The notes below the pieces were generated by a model. It made no database searches. It was not told the origin of the DNA and was given only the letters and a program-made list of their open reading frames with translations. The position numbers were made by a program, and so were the translations under genes. From Acidimicrobiia bacterium (GTDB lineage Bacteria; Acidobacteriota; Vicinamibacteria; Vicinamibacterales; UBA2999), in NCBI GenBank assembly GCA_043779345.1, contig JAYWEJ010000300.1, forward strand, positions 1 to 33,231: a stretch of DNA of 33,231 nucleotides. The letters run 5' to 3'. Below are positions 1 to 9,545 of this stretch, in pieces. Numbering within the stretch: the first letter of the stretch is position 1; every line of letters begins with the position of its first letter.

Positions 1-2019
1 TGCCTCGGTTACTGGCGCCGGCCGGAGTTGAGCGCTGCGATCTTTGAAGCACAGCTGCCTGGCGACCCGGATGGCGCGCCGACCTGGCTGCGAAGCGGAG
101 ACCTCGGCTTCGTTCGCGATGACGAGCTGTATATCTCAGGCCGCGTCAAGGACATGCTCATTGTTCGCGGCCTCAATTACTATCCGCAGGACATCGAGGC
201 GATCGTCGAGGAGGACGCCGACGTCAGGAAGGGCTGCGTCGCCGCCTTCGCCTACGAAGCCGAGAACCGCGAGTCCCTGGTCGTAGTCGCGGAACTGAAG
301 AATCCCCGCCGCCTGCCTGATGCCGGCGCCCTGAATCGGCGACTGCTGCAGGCGCTTGGTGTGGCGGCGGCGTCGTTTGTCTTCATCGAAGCGCGCACGA
401 TTCCCAAGACCAGCTCGGGCAAGATCGTCCGCCACCTCGCGCGTGAGCGGTGGCTCGAAGGTCGCCTTCGCGTTGTCAGCCGGATCGACACCGGCCCTCG
501 CCAAGGCTCCGGCGAGGCAGGCTCCGATGCAGACCCGCAGGACGTCGCGCAGCCGAATGCCTGGCTGCGTCGATTTGGCTTGAGCGGCGCCGAGACGTGG
601 ACGCTGGCAGATGCCGGATTCGACTCCATCAAGCTGGTCGAGTTCTCACAGGCGATCAAGGAACGGTTGGAGAGCCACGGCGATCACGATTTGTCGGGCG
701 CGGTCGACCTGCGGGTGCTGCAGAAGATTGCGATCTGCGAGCTCGTCGACCTGCTCGACCAGGTGGCGGCATCGGCGCCACACGCCAAGCTGCGCCTCAG
801 GCGCGCGCTCTCCGATCTCGGCCGTGAGCACCGGGCGCTCGAAACCGCGATGATGCGTCGAGATACGCGCCTTCGCTTCGACGTGGGCGCGCTGCCACGA
901 GCGACGGAGGTGATCCCGGCGCACGAGGGTGCGGTGCTGCTGACTGGCGGCACCGGTTTCTTCGGTCCGTTTCTGCTTGCGAGCCTGTTGGCGCAAAGCA
1001 CCGACGACATCTACGTGCTGGTTCGCGCCAACGAGTGCGACGCGATGAAGCGGCTCAAGGAAGGATTGGAGTCGGTCTCCGCCGATGGCACGTGCCGCCC
1101 GGGGTGGGAGCGCCGGGTGCGGCCGATCTGCGGCGACTTGTCGGTCGCGAACCTGGGCCTCAGCGAGGAGGGCTGGCACCACCTCGCCAACACCGTGCAC
1201 ACCATCTACCACAACGGCGCGACGGTGAATTACCTCCTCGACTACCAGGCGATGCGCGACGCGAACGTCGGCGGCACGAACGAGATCGTCCGCCTCGCGA
1301 TGAGCCATCGCGCCAAGGTCCTGAACCATATCTCGACGACGTTTGTGTTCGGCTGGTCGGTGAAGGAGTCGCTGGGTGAGTGCGACACCAACGCCGGCAT
1401 GGACCACCTCGACTTCGGCTACAGCCAGAGCAAGTGGGTCTCGGAACAGGTGGTCCGCGACGCGATGCAGCAAGGATTGCAGGCGCGCATCTTCCGGCCG
1501 GCCCTCCTGACGCCATCCGTGGACGGTAGTGGCTACAACTTCGACATTTCGATCCGCCTGCTGGCGTTCATGATCAACCACGGCATCGGCACGACCGCGC
1601 AGAATCAGGTCAGCTTCTGTCCGGCGGACCTCGCTGCCGACAACATCGTCGCCATCTCGCGGATTCCTTGCAGCGCCGGCGGGACCTACCACGTGACCCG
1701 CGACGATTTCGCGAGCATGTCGGACATCACGACGATCCTTGGTGAATTGACCGGCCGCACGTTCCGAAACTACCCGTTAAAGGCGTTCGTGCCCGAGGTG
1801 ATCGAGCGCTGCCATTCGGGGGACATCCTGTTTCCTTTGCTCGAATTCCTGGTGCGATCCGTCGACAACATCACGGCGATGGAGTTCAAGCGCTACGACA
1901 ATGGTCAATACCGGAAGTTCCGCGATGCCTCGGATTGCGGCAAGGCCGATCCGCCGCTGCGCGACGTCGTGCTGGGCATGCTCCGTTTCATGCGCAAGCA
2001 ACGCCTCGTTAACGCGTGA
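1..2019 (+). CDS. Adenylation (FAAL/acyl-AMP ligase type, C-terminal part) - carrier protein - terminal thioester reductase; 5' end lies outside the window
   Basis: Frame 1 is open from nt 1 (CLGYWRRPEL...), so the gene starts upstream. It has a FAAL-like C-terminal adenylation core (GDLGFVRDDELYISGRVKDMLIVRGLNYYPQDIE, PKTSSGKI). The carrier-protein motif is AGFDSIKLVEF, with Ser codon TCC at 625-627. The reductase shows Rossmann TGGTGFFG and catalytic YSQSK (YxxxK). Stop at 2017-2019. Confidence 0.85.
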   Translation, partial: CLGYWRRPELSAAIFEAQLPGDPDGAPTWLRSGDLGFVRDDELYISGRVKDMLIVRGLNYYPQDIEAIVEEDADVRKGCVAAFAYEAENRESLVVVAELKNPRRLPDAGALNRRLLQALGVAAASFVFIEARTIPKTSSGKIVRHLARERWLEGRLRVVSRIDTGPRQGSGEAGSDADPQDVAQPNAWLRRFGLSGAETWTLADAGFDSIKLVEFSQAIKERLESHGDHDLSGAVDLRVLQKIAICELVDLLDQVAASAPHAKLRLRRALSDLGREHRALETAMMRRDTRLRFDVGALPRATEVIPAHEGAVLLTGGTGFFGPFLLASLLAQSTDDIYVLVRANECDAMKRLKEGLESVSADGTCRPGWERRVRPICGDLSVANLGLSEEGWHHLANTVHTIYHNGATVNYLLDYQAMRDANVGGTNEIVRLAMSHRAKVLNHISTTFVFGWSVKESLGECDTNAGMDHLDFGYSQSKWVSEQVVRDAMQQGLQARIFRPALLTPSVDGSGYNFDISIRLLAFMINHGIGTTAQNQVSFCPADLAADNIVAISRIPCSAGGTYHVTRDDFASMSDITTILGELTGRTFRNYPLKAFVPEVIERCHSGDILFPLLEFLVRSVDNITAMEFKRYDNGQYRKFRDASDCGKADPPLRDVVLGMLRFMRKQRLVNA

Positions 2020-2033
2020 CAAGAGGACTGACG

Positions 2034-3398
2034 ATGTTCGAAGGAAGAATCAGCAACGCTCCGCACGTGCATCGTGGCCGTGCAGTTCTGGACGCGCGCG
2101 GCATGCTTCGCAACTGCATCGAGGTCTTCGAGAATTACCGGGCGCGTCTCGGACCGACGTTCACGGTGCACTTTGGCGGCGTGATCCCCGCGGTGGTGAC
2201 TGCCGATTCTGTCGTTATCGAACATGTGCTGCGCGGCAACCGGGACAACTATGAAAAGTCATTCATCCAGGCCGAGCGCATGGTGGAGTTTCAGGGGGCT
2301 GGCGTGGTCAACATCCACGGTGAGGCGTGGCTGCGTCAGCGCAAACTCCTGGCCCAGGGCTTCAAGCCCAACTACCTGGCCAAACTCCTGCCGATGCAGC
2401 AGGACGTGTTCGAGGAACTGATGCGCGGCTTCGACCGCGACGCAGAGCAGGGGCCCGTGGATATGCGGCAGCAGATGGTGCAGTTCACGCTTCGGCTGAC
2501 GGGAAAGGCGCTCTACGGCCGGAGCATGCCGACAGCAGAGCTCGAGCGAATCGGAGCGATCATCCACGAGATCCAGAATTTCGTCCACCGGCAGGTCGTC
2601 CAGCCCTGGATGGTTCCGTGGTTCCGAGTCAGCGGCCTGTCGGAGAAACACCAGGCGTTGCGCCGGGAGGGGGACGCGATCGCATTGCGGCACATCCGGG
2701 CCCGGCTCAGCGAGGGCCTTGGCGAAAACGATTTCCTCCGGATCCTGACCGAGACGCCGTACCATGACACCGGTCTCCCGATGGACGAGCCGATGGCAAT
2801 GCTCGAAAGCCTCCAATTGCTGGTCGCCGGCAATGTGACATCGACGAATGCCCTGACCTGGATCTTCTACTTGCTGGCTCGGCACCCGAAGTACATCCGC
2901 GAGATCCGTGACGAGGTGGCGGCGGTGATCGGTGAGAACGCGATGGACTATCGCAACCTGCACCAGTTGGAGGGGACCGTTCGCGTCATCGACGAGGCGC
3001 TGCGCATCTATCCGCCCTTCTGGATGATCGATCGCGTGGCGCTCCGGGACGACGAGATCGGTGGTATCCGGATTCCGGCCGGAGCGATGGTCATTCCGTA
3101 CATCTATGGCACGCACCGGAACCCCGAGCACTGGCAGGACGTCGAGTCCTTCGATCCGCGTCGGTTCGAGCCCGCTCGGAGCAAAGCACGTCACCCGTTC
3201 GCCTACCTCCCGTTTGGCGGCGGCCCCAGGACCTGCATCGGTGCCAACATGGCCATAATGCAGATGCTCATGATCGTCGCGGCCTTTGTGCGCAAATACG
3301 ATTTCGCGCTGGCGAAGAACGAGCCGGTCGCCATTCAGCCGATGATGATGCTGCGGCCCGCCGGCACTGTCAGCATGAAGTTTCGGCCCGTGTCTTGA
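2034..3398 (+). CDS. Cytochrome P450 monooxygenase
   Basis: Heme-thiolate loop FGGGPRTCIGANMA, ExxR (DEALRIYPP) and PERF-like DPRRFEP. ATG 2034 is preceded by AAGAGGA (2021-2027). An alternative GTG at 2016 overlaps the upstream stop (GTGA). Confidence 0.9.
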   Translation: MFEGRISNAPHVHRGRAVLDARGMLRNCIEVFENYRARLGPTFTVHFGGVIPAVVTADSVVIEHVLRGNRDNYEKSFIQAERMVEFQGAGVVNIHGEAWLRQRKLLAQGFKPNYLAKLLPMQQDVFEELMRGFDRDAEQGPVDMRQQMVQFTLRLTGKALYGRSMPTAELERIGAIIHEIQNFVHRQVVQPWMVPWFRVSGLSEKHQALRREGDAIALRHIRARLSEGLGENDFLRILTETPYHDTGLPMDEPMAMLESLQLLVAGNVTSTNALTWIFYLLARHPKYIREIRDEVAAVIGENAMDYRNLHQLEGTVRVIDEALRIYPPFWMIDRVALRDDEIGGIRIPAGAMVIPYIYGTHRNPEHWQDVESFDPRRFEPARSKARHPFAYLPFGGGPRTCIGANMAIMQMLMIVAAFVRKYDFALAKNEPVAIQPMMMLRPAGTVSMKFRPVS

Positions 3399-4024
3399 GC
3401 ATCGCCTCGCTCGACGCCTCGCTCGCAGCGTGGATGAGCGATCCCGGTGGGCGTTTGCGCAAGCCGCGCTTCGCGGCGGTCCTCGCGGTGTGGTACGGAC
3501 TGTTTACGGCCACGTACCTCGCGATGAATGAATTGAGCGTGGGGCGCGCCGCTCACACACTATTCCTGCCAGGCGAGGAGCGGCTGCCGTTTCTGCCAGT
3601 GTTCGAATACCTGTACGTCCTGAGCTATTTCATCCCTGTCCTGCTGTTCGTCACGATCCGCGACTACGCCTCGTTTCGGCGCATGCTCCGCGCCACTGGC
3701 GTGACGCTGCTGGTGGCGTACACGACCTATCTGCTGTTTCCGGTGTACTTCGAGCGACCCTACCTCGAGGTGTCGTCGTTCCATACCTGGCTGCTCTCGC
3801 TCGAGTACATGGACAAGCCTTACAACCACTTTCCGAGTCTGCATGTGGCGCTCAGCTGGCTCGCGGTGTTTGGGTCGCAGGTGTCCGGCCGATCCCGAGT
3901 TGGCCTTTCGCTGCTGGCCGTTGGCATCAGCGTCTCGACGATATTTGTGAAGCAGCACTACCTCGCGGACGTGCTGTATGGCTTCGCCCTGGCCTGGATC
4001 GCCTGGTGGTGGGCTCGGCGCTGA
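3395..4024 (+). CDS. PAP2-superfamily membrane protein, PAP2_C-like (sphingomyelin/IPC-synthase-type motifs)
   Basis: Several hydrophobic helices. Motifs HFPSLHVALSW and KQHYLADVLYG correspond to the PSxH and HxxxD boxes of PAP2 enzymes. TTG 3395 overlaps the P450 stop (TTGA). An alternative ATG lies at 3434. Confidence 0.6.
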   Translation: MSIASLDASLAAWMSDPGGRLRKPRFAAVLAVWYGLFTATYLAMNELSVGRAAHTLFLPGEERLPFLPVFEYLYVLSYFIPVLLFVTIRDYASFRRMLRATGVTLLVAYTTYLLFPVYFERPYLEVSSFHTWLLSLEYMDKPYNHFPSLHVALSWLAVFGSQVSGRSRVGLSLLAVGISVSTIFVKQHYLADVLYGFALAWIAWWWARR

Positions 4025-4119
4025 TTTGGTGTATACTGTTCAGGTCTCTGAAGCTCGGTCCTCGATTTCCCGCTGGAATCCTGCCACCGCTCGGTATCCG
4101 TTAGCTCCAGATCCACACG

Positions 4120-4147
4120 CGCCGACTATTAGTAAACGCTGTCGGCG
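4120..4147 (+). terminator. Weak hairpin downstream of the PAP2 gene, inside the helicase leader
   Basis: CGCCGAC (4120-4126) pairs with GTCGGCG (4141-4147) around a 14-nt AT-rich loop. A T-rich stretch (TGCTGTTCGTTT) follows. This is not a textbook intrinsic terminator. Confidence 0.25.
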
Positions 4148-4216
4148 TGCTGTTCGTTTAATCGTCGCCCTGTTGTGTGCGGGAACGCTCCAGGCAATTT
4201 AGGGAGTCGTTCGTAC

Positions 4217-5518
<1,302 letters not shown>

Positions 5519-5531
5519 GTTCGATCGAGCG

Positions 5532-6272
5532 TTACAGCGGTGTGGTCGCGAGCCCCTCGCGAAACTCGCAGTAGCGCTCGAAGCCGAGCGACGCATACAC
5601 GCGGATGGCCGCATCGTTATCGGCGCGGACGTTGAGTCCGATCGTTTCGATGCCGGCCAGCTCGTGTAGCACCGCCGCCGTCACGGCTCGTCCGAGCCCG
5701 CCGCCCCGGCGATCTCTCCGCACATACACGTTGCCGATCGCCGCGGCGCCTTCCTCGCGCGAGACCAGGTGCGTGCCGGCCGCCGCGATCAGATCCTCGC
5801 CCTTGTAGACCCCGAAGAACACGCCGTCCGTCACCATCGACGCATGGAAGAAGTCAGGCGATTCGCCGGTTGATTCGCCGTCGGCATAGAGCCGCTCGAT
5901 CGCCGCCACATCCTTCGCGCCGAGGCGTGTCACGCGATCGCTGACGCGCGTAGACCCGCCGGTCCACGCCATGCGGATCATGTGCTTGACGTCAGTCACG
6001 GCCGCATGCCGCGCGACCTCGTCAAGTGCGTCCGGTTGGACTTGCAGATGCACCGGCCACGTCACGTGCTCCAGCGCTTCGCGAATGCCGCCGCTGCCAT
6101 GCGCGAACAGGATGCTGGTGCCGTAGTCGTGCAGCACCAGTGTCAGATCAGGGGTGAACCACCGGCATTTCGGAAACATGCGCGGCGACAGATCGCCGAG
6201 CGCGTACACGCACCAGGCAGGATCGCGCCTGAGAATCGTGCGGATCTGGTTCTTGTCGGTGAGGAGAGGCAT
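5532..6272 (-). CDS. GNAT family N-acetyltransferase
   Basis: Acetyl-CoA motif VRRDRRGGGLGRAV followed by NDAAIRVYASLGFE. The ATG at 6272 (MPLLTDKNQ...) is chosen because the longer track ORF (to 6485) runs into the divergent neighbouring gene. Confidence 0.75.
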   Translation of the reverse strand: MPLLTDKNQIRTILRRDPAWCVYALGDLSPRMFPKCRWFTPDLTLVLHDYGTSILFAHGSGGIREALEHVTWPVHLQVQPDALDEVARHAAVTDVKHMIRMAWTGGSTRVSDRVTRLGAKDVAAIERLYADGESTGESPDFFHASMVTDGVFFGVYKGEDLIAAAGTHLVSREEGAAAIGNVYVRRDRRGGGLGRAVTAAVLHELAGIETIGLNVRADNDAAIRVYASLGFERYCEFREGLATTPL

Positions 6273-6309
6273 GGTCTGCGACGGGCGGCCGGTGTATAAC
6301 GGAGCCACT

Positions 6310-7557
6310 ATGGTGCCACGCTTCCTCCTTTTCGTCGCGCTATTCGCATCCGTGCTCGTCGCCGGACCGGCGCTCGCCCAGGTCAGCCAACCGGAATCGG
6401 TCGGGTTCTCGAAAGAGGGCCTGAAGGTGTTCCAACAGGAAATGCGGGCGCTCGTCGACGAGGCCAGGCTGGCCGGCGTGACCACGCTGGTCGCCCGTCA
6501 CGGCAAGGTGGTCCACTTTGACGCATACGGCGTGCAGGATCTGGAATCGAAGAGGCCGGTGACGAAGGACACGATCTTCCGCATTGCCTCGATGACCAAG
6601 CCGATCGTCGGCGTGGCGATGATGATGCTGTGGGAAGAAGGCAAGTGGACGCTCGACGATCCGGTGGCGAAGCACATCCCCGAGTTCGCCGGCTTGAAGG
6701 TGGCTACCGCGAATGGCGAAGTGGCGCAGACCAGGCCGATGACGATGCGGCAGTTGATGAGCCACACCGCGGGCTTCGACGTCAGCGGTGGCTACGCGAC
6801 ACAGAACATCACCGATCGCGCGCAACCATTGCAGGCGATGATCGACAAGCTGGCGAAGCTGCCGCTGGCGGTTCAGCCCGGCAGCGACTGGCGCTACGGC
6901 CCCGTCGTCGACATCCAGGGCTACGTGGTGGAGAAGTTGTCGGGCAAGACGCTCGACGTCTTCCTGCGCGAGCGCATCTTCGATCCGTTGAGCATGGTGG
7001 ACACCGGCTTCTGGATCGATCCGGCGAAGAAGGATCGCCTTTCGAACATCCACACCTATAACGCCGACAAGAAGATCATGACGGCGCCGACGCAAGGCAA
7101 CCCGACGCGCAAGCCCATGTTCCTCTCCGGCGGCGGCGGGTTGCTCTCTACCACCAGCGATTACCTGAAGTTCGCGCAGATGGTGCTGAATGGGGGACAG
7201 GCCGACGGCAAGCGCTTCCTCAAGGCATCAACCGTGGAGTTGATGCGCACCAACGTCCTCGAACCCGGCGTGGTGGTCGATCTCTATGGACCGACCTACA
7301 ACATCGACGGCATCGGCTTCAGCCTCGACTTCGCGATCATCCTGGATCCGGCGAAGGCCAAAACGCCGGAAGGCAAGAACTCGTTTTACTGGGGCGGCGC
7401 GTTCGGCACGTGGTTCTGGATTGACCCGACGAACGACATGATCGTTGTCGGCATGATTCAGAACCTCGAGGGCAGCCGTCCGGACCGCGGGTCGCCGCAA
7501 GTCCGGCCGCTGTCGCGCAAGCTCGTGTACGCCGCGCTGGTGGACCCGAAGAAGTGA
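6310..7557 (+). CDS. Exported serine hydrolase of the beta-lactamase / PBP (class C-like) family
   Basis: Signal peptide MVPRFLLFVALFASVLVAGPALAQ. SxxK nucleophile motif IASMTKPIVG and SHTAGF. GGAG (6301-6304) precedes ATG 6310. Confidence 0.8.
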   Translation: MVPRFLLFVALFASVLVAGPALAQVSQPESVGFSKEGLKVFQQEMRALVDEARLAGVTTLVARHGKVVHFDAYGVQDLESKRPVTKDTIFRIASMTKPIVGVAMMMLWEEGKWTLDDPVAKHIPEFAGLKVATANGEVAQTRPMTMRQLMSHTAGFDVSGGYATQNITDRAQPLQAMIDKLAKLPLAVQPGSDWRYGPVVDIQGYVVEKLSGKTLDVFLRERIFDPLSMVDTGFWIDPAKKDRLSNIHTYNADKKIMTAPTQGNPTRKPMFLSGGGGLLSTTSDYLKFAQMVLNGGQADGKRFLKASTVELMRTNVLEPGVVVDLYGPTYNIDGIGFSLDFAIILDPAKAKTPEGKNSFYWGGAFGTWFWIDPTNDMIVVGMIQNLEGSRPDRGSPQVRPLSRKLVYAALVDPKK

Positions 7558-8789
7558 CCCGCGCGGCCCGGTTCATTGCCGTCGTCTGCCTGATTGCGCC
7601 GTCGCTGGCCGTCGCGCAAGCCCCGTCCGGCGATTGGACGCAGTGGCGAGGACCGGGGCGCGACGGCGTCGTGCCCCATTTCATCGCGCCCGCGAAGTGG
7701 CCGGAGCAATTGACGCGGCGATGGCAGGTTGAGGTCGGCACCGGGCACGCCACGCCGTTGATTGTCGGCGGGCGCCTCTACATGTTCAGCCGCCGCGGCG
7801 ACGACGAAGTGCTCGCCGCGCTCGACGCCGCCACCGGCAAGGAACTGTGGGCCACGGGATATCAGGCGCCGTACACGCCGAACCGGCTGGCCATTGATCA
7901 CGGGCAGGGGCCGAAGTCGACGCCGCTGTTTGTCGACGGCCGCATCTTCACGCTTGGAATCAGCGGCATCCTCTCGGCATTCGATGCGGCATCGGGCCGG
8001 CGAATCTGGCACAAGCCGGCGCCGCCCGCCGCACCCACCTACAGCACGTCGCAATCGCCGCTGTTCGACAGCGGACAGCTCATTGTCCACGTTGGCGGAT
8101 ACGGCAAGGGCGCGCTGACGTCGTTCAAGCCGGCGACCGGCGAAGTGAACTGGGAATGGACGGGCGATGGCCCGGCTTACGGATCGCCGATCGTCGTGGA
8201 GTTCGCCGGCACCCGGCAAGTGATTACGTTCACGGAGAACATGTTGGTGGGGGTCTCGGCCGCCACCGGCGAGCTGTTGTGGAGCCGCCCGTTCCATTCG
8301 GCGCGCGACGTGCAGGCCATCACGCCACTGGTGTATCGCGACACCATCATCGTGACGGCGTTCGAGAGCGGCATCACGGCCATCCGCGTCAACAAGCGCG
8401 ATGGCAGGTGGGGCACCGACAACGCCTGGAAGAACGACGAGCAATACAGCCGCTTCAGCAATGCCGTGATTGTCGGCGACGCGTATTTCGCGCTGTCGGG
8501 CAAGAGCGGCGGCCTGTTCATGTATCTCGACGCTAAAACCGGCGAGGTCCTGTGGAAGGGCGAGCCGCGCACCGCCGAGAATGCCGCCATTGCCCGGGCC
8601 GGCAAGCTGTTGTTTGCGCTCAAGGACGACGGCGAACTGATCGTCGCCGAAGCGAGCAACCCCAGGTCGTTCACGCCGCTTGCTCGCTACCAGGTCTCCG
8701 ACGGGGCGACCTGGGCGGCGCCGTCGATTTCAGGAAATCGCCTGTTCGTGAAAGGCCTGTCCTCGCTCACGCTCTGGACGATCGACTAG
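7554..8789 (+). CDS. Exported PQQ-like (BamB-type) beta-propeller repeat protein
   Basis: Signal peptide ending AVAQA, then WTQWRGPGRDGV, which is typical of PQQ-like repeat proteins. W/G-rich blade motifs recur. GTG 7554 overlaps the upstream stop (GTGA), suggesting an operon. Confidence 0.7.
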   Translation: MTRAARFIAVVCLIAPSLAVAQAPSGDWTQWRGPGRDGVVPHFIAPAKWPEQLTRRWQVEVGTGHATPLIVGGRLYMFSRRGDDEVLAALDAATGKELWATGYQAPYTPNRLAIDHGQGPKSTPLFVDGRIFTLGISGILSAFDAASGRRIWHKPAPPAAPTYSTSQSPLFDSGQLIVHVGGYGKGALTSFKPATGEVNWEWTGDGPAYGSPIVVEFAGTRQVITFTENMLVGVSAATGELLWSRPFHSARDVQAITPLVYRDTIIVTAFESGITAIRVNKRDGRWGTDNAWKNDEQYSRFSNAVIVGDAYFALSGKSGGLFMYLDAKTGEVLWKGEPRTAENAAIARAGKLLFALKDDGELIVAEASNPRSFTPLARYQVSDGATWAAPSISGNRLFVKGLSSLTLWTID

Positions 8790-8833
8790 CGAGGAGATGC
8801 TCGGCGACGGCCGCCAGTGAGATTCCTGAACGG

Positions 8834-9256
8834 CTACCGCGACGCTTCGATCCAGGCGACCGCTTCGGCGGGCGTCAAGATTCGCACGGGCGCGCCCTTG
8901 AAGTCGCGCGGGTTGCGGGTGATCACCGCGTCGCACTTGGCGCGCCGGGCGCCGGCGGCCGTGACCGCGTCCTCGAAGTCCTTCCACTCCAGCGAGACCG
9001 CCGAGCGCAGCACGGCCTCGTCGACCGGGGCGACACCGAATACCGAGAGCAACGCGTCGGTCGTCTCGGTCGCCATGCGAACACCGACCGCCTTCGCATT
9101 GAGGTAGTGCAGGGTGGTCATCGCGTGCGCGGACAGCAGGCCCTCGGCTTCGCCGCGTTCGATCGCCGCCCAGACCTCGGACGATGGCTCCGCGAAGGGC
9201 TGCCGATCGAGCAACACGTCGAGCACGACGTTGACGTCGAGGAGGACGCGCTTCAT
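8834..9256 (-). CDS. vapC: PIN-domain ribonuclease toxin (VapC-like)
   Basis: N-terminal LLDVNVVLDVLL with the first acidic PIN residue; later acidic positions are KDFEDAV and ITRNPRDF. The size of 140 aa fits. Its start overlaps the upstream antitoxin stop by 4 nt. Confidence 0.8.
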   Translation of the reverse strand: MKRVLLDVNVVLDVLLDRQPFAEPSSEVWAAIERGEAEGLLSAHAMTTLHYLNAKAVGVRMATETTDALLSVFGVAPVDEAVLRSAVSLEWKDFEDAVTAAGARRAKCDAVITRNPRDFKGAPVRILTPAEAVAWIEASR

Positions 9257-9483
9257 CGGAACTTGCGTTCGAGGTAGCGGCGGTAGTCGGCGCGGTCGAC
9301 GCGCTTGAGCGAGCCGCGCAGGCGGCTCAAGACCGGCGGGGCGATGCCCGGGTGATCGGAGCCGGAGGCCGCGAGATCGAGCATTTGCTCGACCAGGCCG
9401 GAAACCGACGTGCCGCGCGACTGCGCATAACGCTTCGCGCGCTCGATGACGCGCCCGTCGACGCTGAGGGTCAGTTTCGCCAT
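9253..9483 (-). CDS. Type II antitoxin (small DNA-binding, RHH-like) partnered with the PIN toxin
   Basis: 76 aa, MAKLTLSVDGRVIERAKRYAQSRGTSVSGLVEQML. It lies directly upstream of the PIN gene and overlaps it. Palindromic operators lie at its 5' end. Confidence 0.7.
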   Translation of the reverse strand: MAKLTLSVDGRVIERAKRYAQSRGTSVSGLVEQMLDLAASGSDHPGIAPPVLSRLRGSLKRVDRADYRRYLERKFR

Positions 9484-9515
9484 ACGTATAAATGTATCAC
9501 AAACATACGTATCAA
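9481..9515 (-). promoter_or_regulatory. Toxin-antitoxin promoter/operator: two CATACGTAT palindrome copies plus sigma70-like hexamers
   Basis: CATACGTAT occurs at 9481-9489 (overlapping the ATG) and at 9504-9512. On the minus strand, TTGATA (9515-9510) is followed by a 17-nt spacer and TTTATA (9492-9487), then only CGT before the ATG. No Shine-Dalgarno is present. The stretch is AT-rich in a GC-rich genome. Confidence 0.5.
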
Positions 9516-9545
9516 ATCGCCGCGCCGCCGGTCGACTGGTCCGCC

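Noticed and set aside
646-1692. 348-aa ORF on the minus strand
   Set aside because: It lies antisense to the carrier/reductase part of the first gene, which has TGGTGFFG and YxxxK motifs. It is a shadow ORF.
4025-4216. tRNA or other known small RNA gene in the long intergenic region
   Set aside because: I could not fold a cloverleaf, since there is no GTTCGAATC-type T-arm with a complementary stem. I recognised no conserved ncRNA signature. It is left as an unexplained leader.
7458-8444. 328-aa ORF on the minus strand
   Set aside because: It lies antisense to the PQQ-like propeller gene. Its composition is low-complexity and Arg-rich.
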